Source: Lophium mytilinum
Taxonomy: Eukaryota
Direction of reading: 5' to 3'
DNA: 64,000 nt
Assembly: GCA_010093605.1 (NCBI GenBank)
Contig: MU004195.1
Location: 1,193,566-1,257,565 of the forward strand
Made by a program: the position numbers and the translations under genes. Position 1 is the first letter of the stretch. The number at the start of each line of letters is the position of its first letter. A model generated the notes under the pieces. The model was not told where the DNA came from, ran no database searches, and saw nothing but the letters and a program-made list of their open reading frames with translations. This document shows positions 42,135 to 57,187 of the stretch, piece by piece.

Positions 42135-43889
42135 TCTCTAATCGGATAAGAACTGGCGTGAAAAGAAACGTGAAGCCCAAGGAGGCAATTCCGCTGATAG
42201 ACTCAAGGAGGAGCGTGTATAAGTGTCGCGAGTTAGAACTAGGGCCGCCGCGAGAATATTCAGTCGTCCACAGTAATCAGATGGCGACGGGGAGGCGGAG
42301 TCCAGCTATCGCAAAGGAGGCGAGGCTGAGAACGTGCGGACGCGTGCGTGCGGAAGGGGTCCGGAGAAGGCTGGGACGGATCGCGAGGGGCGGATACTAG
42401 ACAATTAGGAGGGACGAGGGCTAAACATTAGGGAAGAACAAGCGCAGCAGTAGCAGACGGGTAGGAAGGAGGCTTTTCAAGGCTGTTCAGGGCTGCGGGT
42501 CAGCGCCGGGAGTTTATTATCGGATCCATCCATGTCGGCGCCAAGGCAATCGCTGGCGCCACCGTCTCTTGGGGCAAACGGTCGCGTGCGGGACGCCGAT
42601 CAGGGAGAGAAAGGTCAGATTCGGGTGTTGCTGCTCGTGCCGTCACTGCCGCCCATGCCAGAGCGACGCCTTGTGAGTGGTTACAAGCACCGCTAGGTTC
42701 TCCACAGTGCTCAGGGTTGACGCGGCCTTGGGAAGCTGGCGCTCCATTGACGCGAAGAAGGGGCACAGTCTCCCGTCCCGTGTCTCTCCAGATCCCCTTC
42801 TTCCACCTATAATCTTATCAGACTACGAGGTAGTAGGTCACGAATCACTTGCTCTTCCCCGGAGCCGACTTCAGACGTCCCGTGGGGCACAATACACAGC
42901 CATTCACTCCGCAGTAGATCGGCTCTTGGCGAGTATGTACAGTGCCTCAGGTGCATCATGTTTCATGCCAAGTCTCAACCCCAGCATGCAGACGTCAGCC
43001 TATCTCCATTGTGCTGTTCGCGTCTCACCTTGGGGTTCTGCATTATGAGTGGCGTCTATGAAGAAGTGTCGGTGCGACATCCCCAAACAAACTTGGCTTA
43101 CGTCTTCGCCATGCGCGTCCAACACCCCGCCTCATTTTGTCTCACTCCGACCGGAGAGTACAAAGGCACTACGGCACGTCTATTGACTAGAAGCCGGCAA
43201 ATAGCCGACAGCGGGATGCCTGTGCTGGAGGTCGTGAAGGAACCGAGACATTATGTAAGGAGTATGCTCCGAGCGGCGGGACAGACTCCTTCAGGATTGA
43301 ATTTGGGGCAAGCGATTGGAGAGTAACGAATCATCTGTCTGTGCGGTCGTAAATTCCCGCTCCAGTAAAGGGACCAAATCTGGGGTATGTATGGAGGTTG
43401 GGCCCAAGGATTTTACGTGGCTACCAAGACTTAAGATCGGATGAAGGAGCCGAGAAACTATATTTACATGCTTAGGCCTTCAAAAGGAGCAATGATAGGT
43501 AGGTCATCGAACAGGGATATGCTGTTGATCTGAGATCCCCCTCAGCGCAAATTGGCTTGGATTTCCCTACCACGTATCATCAGAAAATCAAGGTCAGAGC
43601 AGTATACCCATAGGTTTAGTAGCTTGCAAATACTTCACTCTCCCAAACAAATCACTTTATGTTTGAGTGTAGATGAAGTATCCGTATCTTGCAAACGTCC
43701 ACCCGCATTTCGGAAGATGTCCTGTGTCCAGAGTAGGAACATTTTAGCGTCGAACGCCGATGATATGATCGCATCGAATGCCGCTAGTATTACAGAAGAC
43801 TTTTGCCCCGATCCTGTACGAGGACTTCCAAGGTAGTCTAACCCCCAAACGCTGGACCCAACCAAACGCCACCCTAGAAGACAAACTGG

Positions 43890-45461
<1,572 letters not shown>

Positions 45462-46297
45462 GGCGTTTATTTATGGCGAAATGACTGTGGGAGACGCGTG
45501 GTGGAGGAAGATGGAGTGCTTGTGAGGCGCGGCGGAGCTCTCTGCGACGGATCGACGTTCAAAATGTTGCTCAGATGCCAAGGCTCTGGAGCGGCGCAAA
45601 TCAGCTCTTCCGCTCTTAGTTGGAGGCGTTGGAGGCGCCCTTCAAGCCCTAATCTCAACCTCTCTCTTCCCAGACCTGCTGTGACTTGTCCGTCTTCTCT
45701 TCCGACTGCGTCTTCCCGTGAACGAAACCTGTGAGTAGCCGATCCCGCTGCATTTCGGCAATCGGTTGACCGCCCTCCCCAGTCACCGCAAGCCGTAGTC
45801 ACACAGTGCAGACGCGTCTTGTATCACATCCCGCCAGTATTTCTTCCTGGCCGGGCTCCTCTGACTCCTCACTTTTACCAGCGCGAGGGCCCCCGCGTAT
45901 CGATCCCACCGCCATAAGGCTACACCGAGCGCTCCTATCCCCCTCACGCGGCCTGCAGGTGTACTATGAAAGGACAGAAGCGGGGAGGTCGTCCTTTATA
46001 TTCACACCTCACCTGGACACCAAGAGATGGACATCTGGTCAAAGGACAGGGGTCAGTGAACTGCTCTTCATTCGACAGGCTGAGTGGATCCAGTGAAGTC
46101 TGAGATAACAACGTCCTTGGTATCTCTCTTGACCTCCGTTTCGACCTCTTGTGGACACTTCAACCTCAACTACCACAGCTCACGCCTCCTTCAGTAAACA
46201 ACCGCCTCCCTCACCAACTGAACATAATCCCCCAAACCACACAGACGTTGAAGGGCAGGGCGGCGCCCTTCCCCTAGAATTCAAAAATCCTTGGACC

Positions 46298-49011
46298 ATG
46301 TCTTCGAATTCAAGAAAGCGCCCTGGCTCCGATAGCTTTTCACGCCCGGCTGCGTCCGACAAAAAGGCCAAACCAGGCACCCCGCGGAATGGCTCTGAAA
46401 ACGTGAGTCAATTCCTTCCATCCCATATACAGCACGAGATGGGGGAACGATACGAAGCTATGGCTGTCTGGTTCTTTGCCCACTATTTCTGCCCATAGCT
46501 TGCACTCGCCTCCTATTCTAGGGCTGACAGTTGTCGTATGGCATGGTCCAACGGACGGAGCCTACAAGATGTACTTGACTCAAAGTAGTGTTTTCAGTAG
46601 GTACCTTAACAATCACCAAGTACTAACAGTACCCCCTGCAGTATATCTCTCCTCGAAGCCCCGAACCAGACTACTACAGCTCTGAGCCGACAATGGCGCC
46701 GCCGGAACTGACGTCGACGACTCGGAATGCTGCCTCTAGCGGTAATGCGAATGCAAAGTCAGCGCTACCGCATATAAATACTAATAATCCGTCTGCGGCT
46801 GTCGCGCCTCGTTCTGGTAGTGGAAGCTCGACTCCACAGCTGCGAAAAGCTCCTATAGCCCGAATGATGGCTGCTTTAAATGGCTCAGCTATAGCAGATA
46901 CCACGAAGCCACCTATTATACTTGATGCCCTCGCGCAATTTGGAAAGGCATTGGTCGACGTGATGTCAGCACGGGGAGGTGCTGATGCAGCGAAACAGCA
47001 GCTAGTCTATGGTAATCTCCGCATTGGCAAGAAGAGCGGGGACAGGCAGTCTGGGGGGTCGAAAGCTGTTGCCGAAATGTCTGACGGGACCAAGGCCATG
47101 CACTTGATCTGTGTAGAAAAGGAGACAAAACTCCAGGAGCTTCAAGCTGCCCAAGAGATAGCCACTCAGATGCTTGCTTCTGTTCTATCAACGACTAGTC
47201 AGGTCTCAACAAGCACAGACTCTGTATCTGATATGAAGCAAATGCTCGACAAGAAAGACACGGAAGTGCTACAACTTAAGAACGAGATGACTGAATTGTC
47301 GCGCAGCGTTGCAGACATGAGGACCCAGATGCTCAAGCAGAGTCAGATTAATGCGCCCAACAGGCAGAACAAGGTCGGTGAACTTCATTCGGCCGTCGAC
47401 GATCTGACTTCGCGCCACGGAGATCACTCAAAGCGCATTTATGCGCTTGAAAAAGACATCGATAGCTACGAGAAGCGCACTACACGACTGGAAGACGATA
47501 CCGATCTCGCCCGGAGGCGCACCGTGAAATGGGAACAGGACACATACTATGACATGCAAAAGAAGACACAGGATGAAGTGCGGAAGGCGATACCTCTGGA
47601 GATGAATCCGTTTGAGGCTGGGATCCGGAGAGACCTTAAGAAAGTTGAAGGCGACTTTAGCGCTAAGCACAAAAAGTTAGAGGAAGCCCAGTCACGGCAC
47701 GCCAGCCAGTTATTAGCGGCTTGTGATACGATCAAGGGCGTCGACAAGGACGTCACGGCTGAACGAAAGCGAATTACTGATCTCGGCACCAAGGTTGATG
47801 AGGTAGAGAGTCGGTTCGGAACGTTCGAAACCCAGATCTCTAGTCAGGTCAAGGCGCTAGGTGAGCGAGTGACTCAAAATCCTAATGGAGAAGATCCCTC
47901 CACGCCTAAAGATTTCAGTGAGCTGTCGGACGATGTGCAGTCTCATGAAATCGCGATCCAGGCATTACAAAAGAAAGTACATGGTCTGGACGCATCTCAG
48001 CTACAAGACTTCATGTCGACCTTTGAAGACCACAAGAACGACGCTCAAGGTCATAACGAGAATACGGATAAAAAGCTCGAAGAGTTTGAGCAGAGATTGG
48101 TCAAGACAGAGGGCACCGTACAGGAAATGGATAAGAAGCGGTTACCCAACGTTACCTCGAAACTAATTGAGGTACACAACCGACTGTCGAATCCACCACA
48201 ATCGTCGTCTCCCCGCATAACGAATGCCAACCTGAACATGCAGAATGGGGTCTCTTCACCACTTACATCAGGCCAAGCTGCAGAAATCACTGCGATCGAC
48301 AAGACTGTGAAAGACATACAAGCTAGTTACTCCAAAATAAGCCAGTACCTACTCGATATTGCACCAATCCTCCAAGGAGTGGGTGTCCAGAAGAAAGATG
48401 CGGATGAACTCAAAGCCAGAGTCAAAACCATTGAGCAGGACCTGGAGTGTTGCCAAGACGGCATTAAGGATGTGGAGGAGCGGGTGAACAATATGACGAC
48501 TGACGAGCTAGTCAAGGCTATGGTAGACGTGGGCTTGCCTCAATGGAAGTCTCATTTCCCAGCTGCTACCAATTTCCAGGGCGAGGTTGAGATCACTCGT
48601 CGGGAGATCCAAAATATGAAAACCCATCTCGACGCCTTCCACAAGTCTCTTCAGAGTTTTCAGGGAGATCTTCAGCAGAAAGAGGGCAAAATCACACATA
48701 CTTCCAACAGAGCTGAACTGGCCATGACCACCGCTCTACAGGTTACCGGGGATATCGCCAAGATCCAGATCGAAACAAAAGAGAGGACTGCAGAGCGCGA
48801 CGGAAAGGTTGCGTCGTGCGAGACGAGGCTGATGAATGCTGAACGGGGCTTGGGTTCCATCGAGCCCAAAGTCCTACAAATGGAAGCCAAAGTTTTTAAG
48901 ATTGAAAGGATGTCAGACGGCCATCTCGACTCTGTTGTTCATTTGCAGGAAGCCGTCACACGAGTCAACAGTCGACTAAAGAAACCCGCCGACCTCCCTC
49001 CGTGGGAGTAG
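46298..49011 (+). CDS. Long coiled-coil protein of unknown function
   Basis: 772-aa ORF from 46693. An upstream exon 46298-46402 (basic, NLS-like) joins in frame through GTGAGT..CTAAC..GCAG (46403-46641); the 5' structure is tentative. Confidence 0.75.
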
Positions 49012-50347
49012 CACTAAAGCCGACCTCGACACCGTTAGCTCCCTGCCAGCAACGCCTCTATCATCCTTGCTACCCGGGGAATTTGTTTCACAGCATTAGT
49101 CGACATTTGTTGCAAACGACGATCTGTTGTCGAAACGATATGGGAACGCACACGATTGGCATAATTGGCAGGCCTGATGTTTTGGCAGTACTCGTGAAGA
49201 AACAACAGCACAGAATACTGCAAAATCTGACTGCATTTGTTGAACTCTCAAAAGCCTGCTCTACTCCTTCCAGGAACATCAATTCCCCCCTTTCTGGCGT
49301 TTCCTTTGTTGCTCACATCAGCCTTTGCTGTTGCACGGTCTTAATTGGTTTAATGATCGAATTTATACCCCTTATACCTTTTTTCCCTTCTTCTTTGCCG
49401 TATCAATGGCCTGGCGTGGACGGCGCCTTACATATGGAGCGGGTGCATACGGAGTCCGGAATGGCTGTGGAAACCTCATGGGTTGGAGTTACAGGGATGA
49501 GCGAGGAGCGAGTGCGAGGGGTGTACATAAAAATCACAGGAAATGCTCGAGAGTGCTGGCCCAGTTAACTCTACGACATATCACTTCACGAAGAGCTCTT
49601 TAGCATCTGTGAAATACGTCATTTTGGGAGTATACATTTTTTCTGCATTATGGGCCTGACTACAGCTCATTTCGTTTCAGCGGCCTTTGGGCTTTTCTAC
49701 CGGCCTTGAACGTATAGTGAATCCCATCGCTACAAGGATATCTTCTGTGCGTGTAACCTGCATGTATCAGTACCACGCGACTGTCTCAGCATATGCGGCT
49801 GTCCTATATACGTAACACGAAGTCTCCGGAGCACGACCCAAGAAGTCATGCTGCATGATGCAGTGCTCCGAAGGTTAGACAAGAAGCCAAAGATGTCTTA
49901 CCATTGATGCTAGGTAACGCTGCCTAAGAAGATTTGAGATGCTACAGCCTATGGCCGCATACCGTGGCACCGTTGTTAGCGTGCAGGTGGCATCTAGAGT
50001 AAATTACAGTAGTACTGGAAGCTGATAAGAGAGACTCAATTGGCCGGAACAGCCTTTGCAAGGTTCTAAAGCCACGTGTTCCGCAGAATTTACGAGATAC
50101 GCTAACCATAGCATGCATCCAGCGGCTGTAATGTGCAAGCACTAAGAGACAAAAATTGCATTGCCAAAGACCAAAATTACCCAAGCACGTGTCAAGTAGG
50201 TAGGACAGCTCTTAGCGCCGCCCCACTTTCAAAACTCCACTAGAATTCTCCGAGAGCTCTGCGCATCATCTCAACCTCACCAACCACTACACCTCACTAA
50301 CTACTAACCCCCTCGCTGTTCCCCCACCAAACAGCTCAAACAGCACA

Positions 50348-50806
50348 ATGGCACACCCCCTAGGACCCCCCTCAAATCCTCCTCCGCCTCCCCCCACCGA
50401 CCCTCCATCCAAAAACCCCAAACGCTCCTCCCAGAACCCAAAGGTCTCGCACCTCCTCCACGCCTCCACCCTCCGCAATCCCCGCTGGACCTACTTCCAC
50501 CTCGCCTTCGTCCCCACTACCCCAGATCCTCCCGGAGTGGGTGCGGACCTCGACCCCCTCACCGCACGCACACACCTCACAACCCCTCTCGCACAGTTCC
50601 TCGGCACTCACGGCGCGAGCATCAGCATCGACATCCTGAAGATCGAGGGGCGGGAGGTGTGGGTGCGGGTGCCGGCGGAGGATGGGAAGATAGTGGGCGC
50701 AGGGTTAGCGGGGTGGGTTGGGAAGAGCGGGGCGTGGAGGGTGGTTGGGAGGGGGAGTTGGTTGGGGGGGCTGGTTGGACAGGGGGGAGAGGGGGTGTTT
50801 GGGTGA
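50348..50806 (+). CDS. POP8: RNase P/MRP subunit Pop8-like protein
   Basis: WTYFHL, LD.LT....LT..L.QFLG..G..I.IDILK....VWVRVP..D pattern. Confidence 0.75.
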   Translation: MAHPLGPPSNPPPPPPTDPPSKNPKRSSQNPKVSHLLHASTLRNPRWTYFHLAFVPTTPDPPGVGADLDPLTARTHLTTPLAQFLGTHGASISIDILKIEGREVWVRVPAEDGKIVGAGLAGWVGKSGAWRVVGRGSWLGGLVGQGGEGVFG

Positions 50807-51029
50807 AGGGGATTGCGAGGGGAGGGATTGAATATCGGAAATATGGCGGGCAGGACCCAGGTTGGAAGGGCTGAGTTGATTGTACGAGAAGTCGGAGGTT
50901 TGAGATGTCTGAGGTTTAGCACGTGCGATGAGAGGGCGATGGGAGGACGGGAGAGGATAGTAGCAAGGCATGTCACGGTTCTAGGGGACAAAGATGGTTT
51001 GTGTGCATTCCAGCATTTGCAAATGCTGC

Positions 51030-51386
51030 CGCGGGTATTGTTATTGGTAGATGTTTTTGCTCGATGAAGCCCCAGATCTGGCCAACCATCGACGCTATCA
51101 CCAAGTGCGGCCATTGTAAGAGCAGCCGCCGTAACTCGGGGCAGAACACCGGAAAAGAAAAGAAAACCGTGGGGTATTATTTGGTTGCTCAATGAAGCCC
51201 CAGATCTGGCCAACCATTGATTCAGAGCCAAAGCGGCCATAAGTAAAGGACTTTTTCGAGAGATAAAAGAAGATAGGAATTTCGTGTGTGCGTTGCCACG
51301 AGATACAAAGCAGCCGTGGGTATTACTGGTTTGCTCAATGAAGCCCCAGATCTGGCCAACCATTGATCCCTAACCAGGGCGGCCAT
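51030..51386. repeat. Three copies of a conserved 36-bp core containing a 32-bp dyad
   Basis: TTGCTCRATGAAGCCCCAGATCTGGCCAACCATYGA at 51057, 51185 and 51331, each preceded by GGGTATT and followed by GCGGCCAT. Confidence 0.93.
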
Positions 51387-51443
51387 GCGCTTTTCCAAAC
51401 GCCAGTGAAAGCAAATATGAGAGCGCGAGGAGACGATGCGTCT

Positions 51444-53159
51444 CTAAGCCTTGAAGACCTTCTCCAGCTTCTCGAGGAAGATGTCGGCTAAACGCGCGTC
51501 AGTATGTGTAATTGAAGAACTTGGAAGGGATAAGCAAGACTCACCATGATGTTTCTGGAAGATCAACATCGGCCTCAACCGCACCGCTCTCTCACCACTA
51601 CCGCCAACATTCACACCCACCGTCTTCGCCTTTTTCAGCACCTCATCGCGACGCGGGCTGTCCCACGCCAAGAACGTGCCCTGGCCCTTACCCCTCAGAT
51701 TCTGAATCTCGCTCGGGTACGCCTGCGCGAGACGCTCCAGGCCCTTGTACAGGTACTCGCCAGTAGCAGCGGTATTCTGCACCAGATCCAGCCGGTCAAT
51801 CTCCTGGATGATGGCGCGGAAGAGCAGCGCACGCGCTGGGTCGCCCATCCAGGTGTTAAACTGGCGGTACGGCTTGTTCGGGCGCAGCTCGTTATTGCCG
51901 AAGTAGTAGCCAGCAGCCTGCGCTTTCTTGCTGAAGGTGACCATGTCTGGGGGGTCGGTGAGGCCCCAGTGCTCGTGGGCCCAGAACTTGCCGGTCGCAC
52001 CAACGCCGGTTTGCACCTCGTCGACGATGAAAAGGACGTTGTGCTTGTGGGTGAGAGCGCGTAGGCCGCGGAAGAAGGCGGGCGAGGCGTGGTTGTCGCC
52101 GCCCTCGGATTGGATGGGCTCGACGACGACGGCTGCCGGTGGTTGTGGCCATTCTTTGATCAAACGCTCGGTCTCGTCGAGGCAGCGCTGCTCCTCAGCT
52201 GCGTTCTCGGCGGAATACTGGTCGAGTGGGTACTTGGATACGGGGAAAGGGGCCTGGGGCCAGTCGAAAGCGGGGATATCAAGCTTGTGGATGGGCTTGC
52301 TGCGGGTTGTGCTCAAGCTGCCGAAGAGGCGACCGTGGAAACCGGCCTTAAAAGAAAGGATGGAGAGCTGGGGGGCACCAGGGGACTGGTTAACCATGGA
52401 GGATGCGATATCGGTATCACTGAACTCGACATGGGCACCTCCACGCTCGTGCTGCCTCCTCCACATAAAGGCTGCCTTGTATGCCAGTTCGTTGGCATCT
52501 GAGCCGGTTTGGCCGGTAAAGACCTGGTTCAGGCCCTTGGGCGCCACTTTCAGGATACCAGTCTCCAGGATCTCGGCCCAGTCGTGTTGGGGAAAGTTGC
52601 CGAGGGCGGGGCGGTTGATGATAGCGCTGGCCATCTCGGGAGAAGTTGCGGCAAGCAGGAGGGCTGGGTTATTGTATCCCACTGGGATGGATGCGATCTG
52701 GGCGTAGCTATCATCTATTAGACTGAGAACAACAATTGACATCAAAATTCATGCTTACACGTCCAGCAGCACATTGCCATCGAGATCCGCAATGCTAGTG
52801 TTCAAGTCAGTTATTTGTTCTCCCAAAAGAGACAAGTGGCGTCAAACATACTAATTGCCATAGCTCTGATTGTAGTTCGCCATCATGTTCAGACTGCGGG
52901 TGTCGAACACCTTCTCGAGCTTCTCAATGGCAGCCTTGCTCTTCGGGCCCGGGATCGCCGTCTTGACGGTTGGCCCCTTGGGCTCGTCCGGGAAGAATGG
53001 CTGCTCGACGTCATTTGAGATGGTTGCTGAGGCGGCCGCGGAGGCATATTGGCGCTGGGCTGCGAAGGAGACGGCTGGAGTCATCTTCGAGCTCTGGAAA
53101 GCAATTGATCGAGCAGCTACTGGCCGTAGCCGGCTGGCTGTGCGGAGTAAAGAAGCCAT
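51444..53159 (-). CDS. gatA: 4-aminobutyrate (GABA) aminotransferase, multi-exon
   Basis: Mitochondrial presequence, AQIASIPVGYNNP, FHGRLFGSLSTTRSK, EPIQSEGGD, DEVQTGVG, VTFSKK, FNTWMGDP. Confidence 0.96.
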
Positions 53160-54082
53160 TGTACAAACTTCTAGGTGGCGTCCGAAGAGTGGGGTCGTCG
53201 CCCGTCAATGGAGAAGCAGAACAGCACCAGTGAAGGGCAGCTGCTTAATGTGTGAAAGAAAAAGTGAAAGAAAGAAGATGACTGTATGGAGGAGTGGAGA
53301 GGAGTAGTTCTGTAGAGTTTGGAGTCAGCGGGGAGGGGCAAGCAGGCTTTATGAGGGCCGAATGATGATGTTTATCGATAGCTCGCGCCTGCGCCGTTTT
53401 GGCTGACGTGCCTTGTTGGTGGCAGCTCTAGGGCTGCGAGCAAAGCCGATACTAGCCTATAAGGGGGCACTACATGCGACACCAGGGATTCAGCAGTGGA
53501 CATGTCCGTTGTCCGCGAATCGCCCGAGCCAGATCCATGGTAAATCTGCGGCCACACGCTGGGAAGCACAAATCTATCACAGCTGGCGGCGGACACCAGT
53601 AGCCGATGGACGTTGGGATCGGGCACAGTCCGCTGCTGCCAGAAAACGTTTATCACTCCAAGGGATATAGAGCATGGTGTTCACGATATTTCAGTAACAT
53701 TGACTATAGGGTATGATACAGTCCAAAAACCCGAGAATATCTCTGGTCATTGAAGAAGCGTCCCGACGACCTATCGCGCACCCAGCAAAGCACTCAAATC
53801 GAGCCTCCCGAAAGCTCCCCAGATAGTCCTACAAGTGCCGAAGCCGTTTCGCCTAATAGGAAGAGAGATCCAATGCTTAGTCCGCCCATGCAGAAAATCG
53901 AAACGCCTGGTGCTATTAGGTCTTGCAGAGTGAGACCCACTCGCAGCCACAGCCGCGAGAAACTGAAAAAAGAAAAAGAATAAAAATGCTGTTCATCCCG
54001 GGGTCGCAGGCCAGGTGGCGTGATCTCCCCGCATCCACCCTGCATGCCCCCAGCACGTAAGAGGTAACCCGCACGTCAAGCT

Positions 54083-57000
54083 TCACTCTATCGAAGCTGT
54101 CTCTCTATCCTTTCCGTTGCTCTCGTGCTCGCACGATCCGTTGGTCGTCGTTGGTGGAGTCGCAAGCTGCATCGGGCTGTGGCGTCCATTGGTCATTTCA
54201 TAACTCTGCTTGATCCTGTCAGTGACTAGCTCGGATGGCTGTGGAGGCCTTCCGACACTAGACTGACCCATAGCCGGGCCTGTAGCTTCTGAGTCAAAGG
54301 ATTCCGACCCGTCGTTTGTTCCGCCGTATTCGTCTGCGTCCATCTCCGTTGGCATGTCCTCAGCGGGAGGGGGAGGGGGAGGAGGCGGTGGTGCAGGAAC
54401 CGGAGGAGTCTCGGTTCGGAACTTCTTGGGAGAGGAAGCTTGCTCGTCGTCATCCGCTTGTGCGTCAGCCTCGCCTCGCTTCCGCTTCAGGTCTGATGAT
54501 GAACTTGAGGGCGAGATGTCCATTGCACGCTCTCCATCGTCGTCTAGCATACCCATCATCTCATCATCCGAGTCGTCTTGTGCGTGCATTTTTGGGGTGG
54601 GCGCATCCGGTGAGGCATTGTGCCCAGCCGCGCTGCTTGCTTTCTTGCGCTCCGCCCGTGCTGCCCGCTCCTTTTCGCGATCTACCTTCTTCTGTACAGC
54701 TTTATCCATGAAAACCTTCACGAACATCTTGACCGATTTCTCATGTCGGTGTGAGAGCTTAGCCGTAGGGTCCTGAACGCGACCTGACTTGTAATCCCCG
54801 CGAACGAGCTTCTTGGCAACCTAAGAGTATTGTTAGGAGCTCCTCTGATGGTACAACGCGCTGTCGGAGCTCACCTCTTTCGCTAGTCGCTTCAGATCAT
54901 CCTTTTCAAGCTTCTTGCGGTAGTGATCTGTCACAGATTTGACGTGTGGGAAGAGCTAAATTTAGTCAGCATGTGCTTGGACAATACAGTTGCTGGGGTA
55001 CCAACAGTGTTCTCGTAGATTTTCTGCTGCTTCTCTTCGCTCAAGGACCGCCACTTCTCACTCTTCGTCTTTTTCCCTTTGTCTGAATTGTGACTGGCAG
55101 GTTGCGGAGTAGCAGACGCGGAAACGTCCGAGTTTCGGCTGGCATCTTGGGTAATGCTGGCGATGATGTCTTCCAGCTTCTGTTGATGAGACTTTTCTTT
55201 GGGTGGAGGAGGTGGCGGTTGCGAGGCAGCAGTGGTAGGTCGTTGCCATTGAGTCTGGCCATTGGCGCTGTAGTAGTAGACCGTGCCGTTCTCCGCCGTG
55301 GCTTGGAACCAACCCGCTGGAAGTGCGTTGAACGGAGGTGGACGACGGAATGGACGAGGCCCACCAAAGAAGGCAGGGTTTCGTGGTGGCAACCCAGCTC
55401 GCGGTCCCGCTGGAACAGAAGGGCCCTTTGGAGCATCGACGGCGGGCTCTGGGGATTTTGACTTGGACTTGGATCGCTCTCGCGCCTTTTCTCGTCGCTC
55501 GGACCGATCCGCGCGAACAGGATTTTCAGCGTTGGGATCTCTCTTCATGCGAGGAATTCGATAGCCAATCTTTAATTTGCTCCAAGTTTCTAAGAGAGCG
55601 CACGTCCTTGTTTGGACTCGCTCGTCTTCGCAGATCTTGAACTGTTCCATGGTCTCCTCGATCTTGGAATCTTGGATCTTGTTGCGGGTAATACGAGGCA
55701 GCTTTTCCAGGATATCGAGAACTTGCAAGACAACGTTAAAGTCTCCGGCCCATTCGGCTAGGGTTTTCTTAAGAATAGTATAGCCGTGCATTCGGATGAC
55801 GCGATGCCCAACCTTCTCGTCGTCGCTGCGCTGGATACGACTGAGAAGTTTGACCGCGATCCATTTCTCCTTGCATTGCATGAGAGTTGCCATAACTTTC
55901 GTAACGCCGCCTTCTTCGAGAGACTTGGGTTGGACATTATTAACATATTCCTCGTCGTCTTCACCAGTCTTCTTCTTGCGGGGTTTCTTCGCGACCGCGA
56001 CATCCCAGCCATCGCCATCATCGATACCCAAGGCCTCGATTGTGATGTGCGACAACTTGGTGGCACGTTCCGTCTGTGTCTTGCCGCCGATATAGCCTGA
56101 GCAATTTGGCTCGCCACAGTAGCATGGCTGGGGGTCTGCGCCATAGCGATCGACGTTGTAGTTGAAGACAAGTTCTTCGCCCGCTTTGATGTTCCGCTCG
56201 GCAAAGATGCCCATGCGGAGTTTCTCGCCGATCACCCACTTGTCGACAAAGCAGTTGGGGTTGCAGCTGTGATTACAAAAGCGCCCCAGGTTGCCCTTCT
56301 TCGTAGCATCAACGAATTCGCCTTTGCTGAGCGACATGAAGTAAAAATGTTTTATGCCTTCTTCATCGTATTGTATCATGCGACGCCGGAAGTGCTGTTC
56401 GTTGATGACCTCGCCGATGTATTCAAAGATGAACTCGCCCGCCCGCAGATCAACATCGGCGCGCAGTCCGTATCCTTTCTTCTCCGTCTTGATGACCGTG
56501 ACTTTGGCATATTGTTTTAACTGGAATCGCTGGTTCTGGCAGGCAGCGCCGCAGCCGCAGTCTCCAATACATTCCATCTTTGTTGCGCGATTGATACAGT
56601 CCGAATCCTCGCCACAGGCTTCATTGACTCCCGTGGCTTGATCTAAGGCCTAGTTAGCTTTGAACAGCAAGTAGGGGAGGCTTTGAGGTGCATCGAGACT
56701 TACCCCACTCCTCGGAACAGTCGCACTCGAGTGCATGTTCGGTGTTGCCAATGTACTTGGACGAGTATGAACAGTCAGTAATTACCTGGAAGCTCCGCTT
56801 TGCCTCGTCCGTGGCGTCTGGCAACTGGTGAAAAAGTGGCGGAGCTCTGGCTACGACCTTATGCGATGCCGTGCGTGCAAGCTTGGGTGCTTTGCCGGGC
56901 TCCATCTTGAGCGTAATCTCGCCGCCGATGATCTCCTCGTGCTCAGAGGTGGTGTCGGAGGGGGATTGCGAAGTGTTTTGTTTCTTGACGGGGGAGTGTG

Positions 57001-57187
57001 ATGCGGACCGAGCTTTCACGGCCACGGGTGCAGGTGAAGCGCTTCTTCGCGGTGTGGACGAGCCCTCGCTCGATCGCGAGGAGAATTGTGCACCTGCCCC
57101 TTCCCACCCACCTCCTTCCTCAATTTTCATGTCGCGCAGCTCCGGCTCAATGTACGCCGACTGCCTGTCCACCTCATCGTCCGACAT
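54083..57187 (-). CDS. SET2: Histone H3K36 methyltransferase, ~5 exons
   Basis: AWS, SET ([16 protein letters not shown]), post-SET (CYCGEPNC), WW domain (LPAGW..VYYY..TQWQRP), SRI-like segment near 54.7-55.0 kb. Confidence 0.97.

Noticed and set aside
46298..49011. Fourth member of the orphan coiled-coil family
   Set aside because: Lacks both the N-domain and C-domain motifs; shares only generic coiled-coil composition
51057..51366. CRISPR array, SECIS or hammerhead interpretation of the 36-bp repeats
   Set aside because: Spacers are 92-110 bp and partly homologous; no CUGANGA/GAAA core and no proper SECIS geometry
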